In this document: piece by piece, positions 60,999 through 64,000 of the stretch
Numbering within the stretch: position 1 is the stretch's first letter
Layout of the letters: each line of letters begins with the position of its first letter
Assembly (NCBI GenBank): GCA_027339635.1
Contig: DAHWNZ010000006.1
Span: forward strand, 6,500 to 70,499
Direction of reading: 5' to 3'
Origin: Candidatus Dormiibacterota bacterium
Lineage (GTDB): Bacteria > Chloroflexota > Dormibacteria > Aeolococcales > Bog-877
DNA length: 64,000 nucleotides
Made by a program: the position numbers and the translations under genes
Notes under the pieces: generated by a model
What the model saw: the letters and a program-made list of their open reading frames with translations, nothing else
Told to the model about the DNA's origin: nothing
Database searches by the model: none

Positions 60999-62270
60999 TC
61001 ACTTCTGGCGAGGGCGCCGTCTGCCACTGGGGCGAGCATTGGGGTTCCTTGACAGCCCCGGCCTGTCGGCCGTCCCGTTCCCGGGCGGGGCGGGCAGGGA
61101 TCCGTCCACCTTCCCGTTGGGCCCCTTCGAATCCACGCCACCTGGCCGTCCCGGGCGGCCGTTGGAGCCCTTGCTGGCGCTCTTATCGGTCGTGACGGGC
61201 TGGGATCCGTCCACCTTCCCATTGGTCCCCTTCGACGCCACCGCTCCTGGCCGCCCCGGGCGTCCGTTGGAGCCCTTGCTGGCGCTCTTATCGGGTCCCC
61301 CGGGCTGGGCCGGGCCCCGTCCCTGCACAAGGTTCCTGGAGCCACTGCTCTGGAGTTGCCTGCCACCCACCATGCCTGAGGCGTAGTCATCGGGGAACTG
61401 GGCCCGAAACCGGCCCATCGGGGAGTTCGCGGGATACCATCCGGCCCCCGGAACCCAGGAGGGCATCCGCAGCCCGCCCCAGCCCATCATGGTGTACACC
61501 TGGATCACCATGATGGCGCTCTGGGTGATCCAGTAGAGCCCGACACCCTGATAGAAGTTGAGAGCGAAGACGGCGATGAGGACCGGCATCAGGTAGGTCG
61601 TCTGTGACATGACCCGGTACATCTGCCGCTCTGACTCCGTCATGTCCGGCCGGGCGGGCTGCATCATCATCTTCGACTGCATGAAGGTCAGGACCCCGGC
61701 CAGGATCGGGATGATCAGCAGAGCCGGGTGGCCGATGATCCCACCCTTGACCTTGAACGCGACGTCGCTCAGCTGCGGCACCCAGAGAAAGCCACCGTGG
61801 GCGTTGTGGGCCTGGGACAGCTTTTGAATCGCCCCATACAGGGCGTAGATGAAAGGCATCTGGATCAGGAGCGGCATGCAGCCGGAGAGCTGCCCCAGAG
61901 GGTTTATGTTGTGGCGCTTGTAGAGCGCCATCGTCTCCTCGTTGAGCCGGGTGCGGTCCTTCTTGTACTTCTGCTGGATCTCCTTCAGCTCCGGGCCGAT
62001 CAGCCGCTGCTGGGCCTGGATCCGCCACTGCGTCGAGATCTGCCACCGGAAGAGGGGAAAGAGGATCCCGCGGATGATGACCGTGATGGCGATGATCGCC
62101 ACCCCGAAGGCTCCGATCGCGGCCGTTGGCCCAAAAGCCTGAAAGACCGTATCCAAAAAGTGCAGGGCGATCCCGACCGGGGTCAGGAGGATGTAGAAGA
62201 AGATCGCCTCAAAGGGGTTGGACGGCGGCGGCGCCATCGGGTTTACGAAACCCAGCACCTCAATGCCCAT
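60999..62270 (-). CDS. yidC: Membrane protein insertase YidC with repeat-containing basic C-terminal tail
   Basis: YidC/Oxa1 core TM pattern; C-terminus contains two near-identical 35-aa repeats. Confidence 0.9.
   Translation of the reverse strand: MGIEVLGFVNPMAPPPSNPFEAIFFYILLTPVGIALHFLDTVFQAFGPTAAIGAFGVAIIAITVIIRGILFPLFRWQISTQWRIQAQQRLIGPELKEIQQKYKKDRTRLNEETMALYKRHNINPLGQLSGCMPLLIQMPFIYALYGAIQKLSQAHNAHGGFLWVPQLSDVAFKVKGGIIGHPALLIIPILAGVLTFMQSKMMMQPARPDMTESERQMYRVMSQTTYLMPVLIAVFALNFYQGVGLYWITQSAIMVIQVYTMMGWGGLRMPSWVPGAGWYPANSPMGRFRAQFPDDYASGMVGGRQLQSSGSRNLVQGRGPAQPGGPDKSASKGSNGRPGRPGAVASKGTNGKVDGSQPVTTDKSASKGSNGRPGRPGGVDSKGPNGKVDGSLPAPPGNGTADRPGLSRNPNARPSGRRRPRQK
61097..61306. repeat. Direct tandem duplication (2 x ~105 bp) inside yidC 3' region
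   Basis: GGGATCCGTCCACCTTCCC(G/A)TTGG(G/T)CCCCTTCGA...CTTGCTGGCGCTCTTATCGG repeated at 61097 and 61202; in-frame. Confidence 0.7.
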
Positions 62271-62502
62271 GGGCCAGATCCTCGGGCAGTGGGACGGGGT
62301 CGTACCCGCCCTCGTGGAAGGGGTTGCAGCTCACGATCCGCCGGATCCCCATGATCCACCCTCGCCTGAACCCGTAGAGCTGAATGGCCTCGTACGTGTA
62401 ATGGGAGCAACTGGGCTCGTAGCGGCAGCCTCCCACCAGGCCGAGTATGGGACTCAGAGCGACCTGGTAGAAGACGATGAACCAGAGCGACAGCTTCTTC
62501 AC
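62260..62502 (-). CDS. yidD: Membrane protein insertion efficiency factor YidD
   Basis: GTG start ([21 protein letters not shown]...CRYEPSCSHY) overlapping rnpA stop; ORF-track extension rejected. Confidence 0.85.
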   Translation of the reverse strand: MKKLSLWFIVFYQVALSPILGLVGGCRYEPSCSHYTYEAIQLYGFRRGWIMGIRRIVSCNPFHEGGYDPVPLPEDLAHGH

Positions 62503-62834
62503 CTGGCGCGCACCTGCAGGCGGTTCAGGTTGTTGGCCAGAGATGCCTCCAGATCCGAGAACCGGCTCTGGGCGCCCTGCGGAGTGGGGATGAGCACGAT
62601 GTCCACCGCCTGCAGGCTGGGTACTTCGGCAGCCGCCGCCATGAGCAGGCGCCGCCTCACCAGATTGCGCTGCACGGCACATCCCAGACGTTTGCTGGCG
62701 GATATGCCCACCCGGGGGTGGCCGACATCGTTGCCCCTGACCTGCACTCGCAGCAGCCGGTCTCCCGCGGTTCTCCGCTCCGCCCGCACCCGCTCAAAGT
62801 CAGCGGAATTACGGAGCCGGAAGCTGCTGTTCAC
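62499..62834 (-). CDS. rnpA: Ribonuclease P protein component
   Basis: GTG start overlapping rpmH stop (GTGA); [21 protein letters not shown] matches RnpA N-terminus. Confidence 0.85.
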   Translation of the reverse strand: MNSSFRLRNSADFERVRAERRTAGDRLLRVQVRGNDVGHPRVGISASKRLGCAVQRNLVRRRLLMAAAAEVPSLQAVDIVLIPTPQGAQSRFSDLEASLANNLNRLQVRAR

Positions 62835-62977
62835 CGCACCGGCGCGGGCGTCAGACGCCAGCGACCCTTGAGCCGTCTGCGCTTGAGCACGCGGACACCT
62901 CCTGGGGTCGACATCCGGGCGCGAAACCCGTGCACCTTCCTCCGGTAGCGCTTCTTGGGCTGATAGGTTCTCTTGAT
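62831..62977 (-). CDS. rpmH: 50S ribosomal protein L34 (start codon non-canonical or ambiguous)
   Basis: (V)[48 protein letters not shown]; GAGGAG SD; no in-frame ATG/GTG/TTG, nearest are ATC/GTC. Confidence 0.8.
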   Translation of the reverse strand: MKRTYQPKKRYRRKVHGFRARMSTPGGVRVLKRRRLKGRWRLTPAPVR

Positions 62978-62980
62978 GAC

Positions 62981-63381
62981 CTGTCTCCTCTGTCAGCTGA
63001 CCCGTCCGCCAAGGGTCGGCGCAGGGTGCATTCATGCTGTGGACTGACCAGTTGAGGATACCAGAGAAACGCGGCGGACCAGATCTCACCCAGGCCTGCG
63101 CCGTGGGCTTGTCCCAATGCGCCTCTTCACCACCCCTGGCCGGCGGCAGCGGGCCCCCACTGGGAGTCGGCGCCATTGGCCATGCCCCAGGGTGGAACGG
63201 ATTGCGCCTCGGCCCCAGCGGTGCTACCATCCCGGAGCGACCGCGGGGGTGGACCAGGCCCGGTCCAAGCTTCTAAATTCCACAGGGTGCATCTTCCCCT
63301 TCAGGTGAGTTTTCCACTCCTGTGCAGAAGGTGTGAATTGCGCTCTGCTTCCCCTGCCCCCATTCGACCTTCGGAGTTCAT
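62981..63381. other. oriC: Putative oriC / dnaA promoter region (rpmH-dnaA spacer) with degenerate DnaA boxes
   Basis: Conserved rpmH<->dnaA synteny; box-like 9-mers TGTGGACTG (63037), CTGTGGAAT (63278-86 complement), TTTTCCACT (63310); relatively AT-richer 63260-63350. Confidence 0.55.
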
Positions 63382-64000
63382 TTGAGCATCTCTCCAGATC
63401 AGCTCTGGACCGCTGCCCAGGAGGAACTGCGCTTTCAGGTCAGCCGGCCTGGTTATGAGGCCTGGCTCAAGAATGCGCGGCTGCTTACCCTCGAGGACGA
63501 TGGGGCGAGGGCTGTCATAGGAGTGCCGACCCCCCTAGCCCGCGACTGGGTCAGCGACCGGTACGCCGCGGTCATCAGGGAGACCCTCTCCGCCATCCTC
63601 AATCGCGACGTGGATGTTGAGTTCGCGGTTCAGGGACAGGCCGTGGACTCATCCCCTCCCATGCAGTTGAGGGGGGAGGTCAGCGAGCGCCGGGCCGACC
63701 CTCCGGAGGCCGTGACCGAGACCGTCCCCGGACTTAACCCGCGCTACACCTTCTCCGCCTTCGTGGTGGGGAACACCTCTCGATTCGCGGAGGCCGCCTG
63801 CCGCGCGGTGGCGGACTCTCCCAGTCGCGCCTACAACCCCTTGTTTCTCTACGGCGGGGTCGGTCTCGGCAAGACCCACCTCATGCACGCCGTGGGGCAC
63901 GCCGTCTGGCAGCGCCACCGCCAGCGTGTCGCCTACGTCACCTCTGAGAGCTTCATGAACCAGATGATCACCTCCATCCAGGAGAACCGGATGGCCGAGT
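63382..64000 (+). CDS. dnaA: Chromosomal replication initiator protein DnaA (5' part; continues beyond window)
   Basis: TTG start; MSISPDQLWTAAQEELRFQV...; Walker A GGVGLGKTHL. Confidence 0.95.
   Translation, partial: MSISPDQLWTAAQEELRFQVSRPGYEAWLKNARLLTLEDDGARAVIGVPTPLARDWVSDRYAAVIRETLSAILNRDVDVEFAVQGQAVDSSPPMQLRGEVSERRADPPEAVTETVPGLNPRYTFSAFVVGNTSRFAEAACRAVADSPSRAYNPLFLYGGVGLGKTHLMHAVGHAVWQRHRQRVAYVTSESFMNQMITSIQENRMAE

Overview
Very GC-rich bacterial chromosome segment (Actinobacteria-like codon usage; frequent GTG/TTG starts, overlapping stop/start codons, several apparently leaderless genes) that ends at the chromosomal replication origin. The right end carries the classic origin arrangement on the minus strand: rpmH-rnpA-yidD-yidC-jag, followed by a ~400-bp dnaA-upstream spacer with degenerate DnaA boxes. 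dnaA itself starts at 63382 and runs off the window. Nearby are parA-parB preceded by a perfect 16-bp parS palindrome, plus lepB, ndk, an M16 peptidase and an NfeD-SPFH pair.

The rest is dense housekeeping and accessory metabolism. From left to right:
- pckA and a small nucleotide/cofactor cluster (isochorismatase-like, dCMP deaminase, MogA/MoaB, HAD, cytidylate-kinase-like).
- A three-subunit xanthine-dehydrogenase/CO-dehydrogenase-family molybdoenzyme (2Fe-2S, Mo-pterin with PYRGAGR, FAD subunits), followed by a membrane protein, an ArsR-MFS pair, a GAF-PucR regulator and moaC.
- A dinB / small-ORF / Zn-ribbon-Nudix / membrane-protein operon, then proS.
- A MacB-type ABC exporter next to a GtrA-like protein.
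- An MBL hydrolase, a <60-aa DUF5679 zinc-ribbon ORF, and an M20 peptidase.
- A split TrkA/RCK pair, a BNR-repeat lipoprotein, Usp and DedA.
- A gyrB-plsX-gyrA operon with plsX unusually embedded, and an ABC-F ATPase.
- A Upf1-like SF1B helicase with an unknown N-terminal Zn-ribbon domain and a poly-Arg tail, coupled to hbd.
- An esterase, pyrE, and the glycine cleavage genes gcvT-gcvH-gcvPA-gcvPB, then zwf and a FemAB-family protein.

The most unusual element is a 179-aa truncated sigma-70-like ORF (regions 2.1-2.2 and 3.0 only) whose stop overlaps the gcvT start. No tRNA, rRNA, CRISPR, IS or prophage features were recognised. Many long ORFs in the six-frame track are antisense shadows typical of high-GC DNA.
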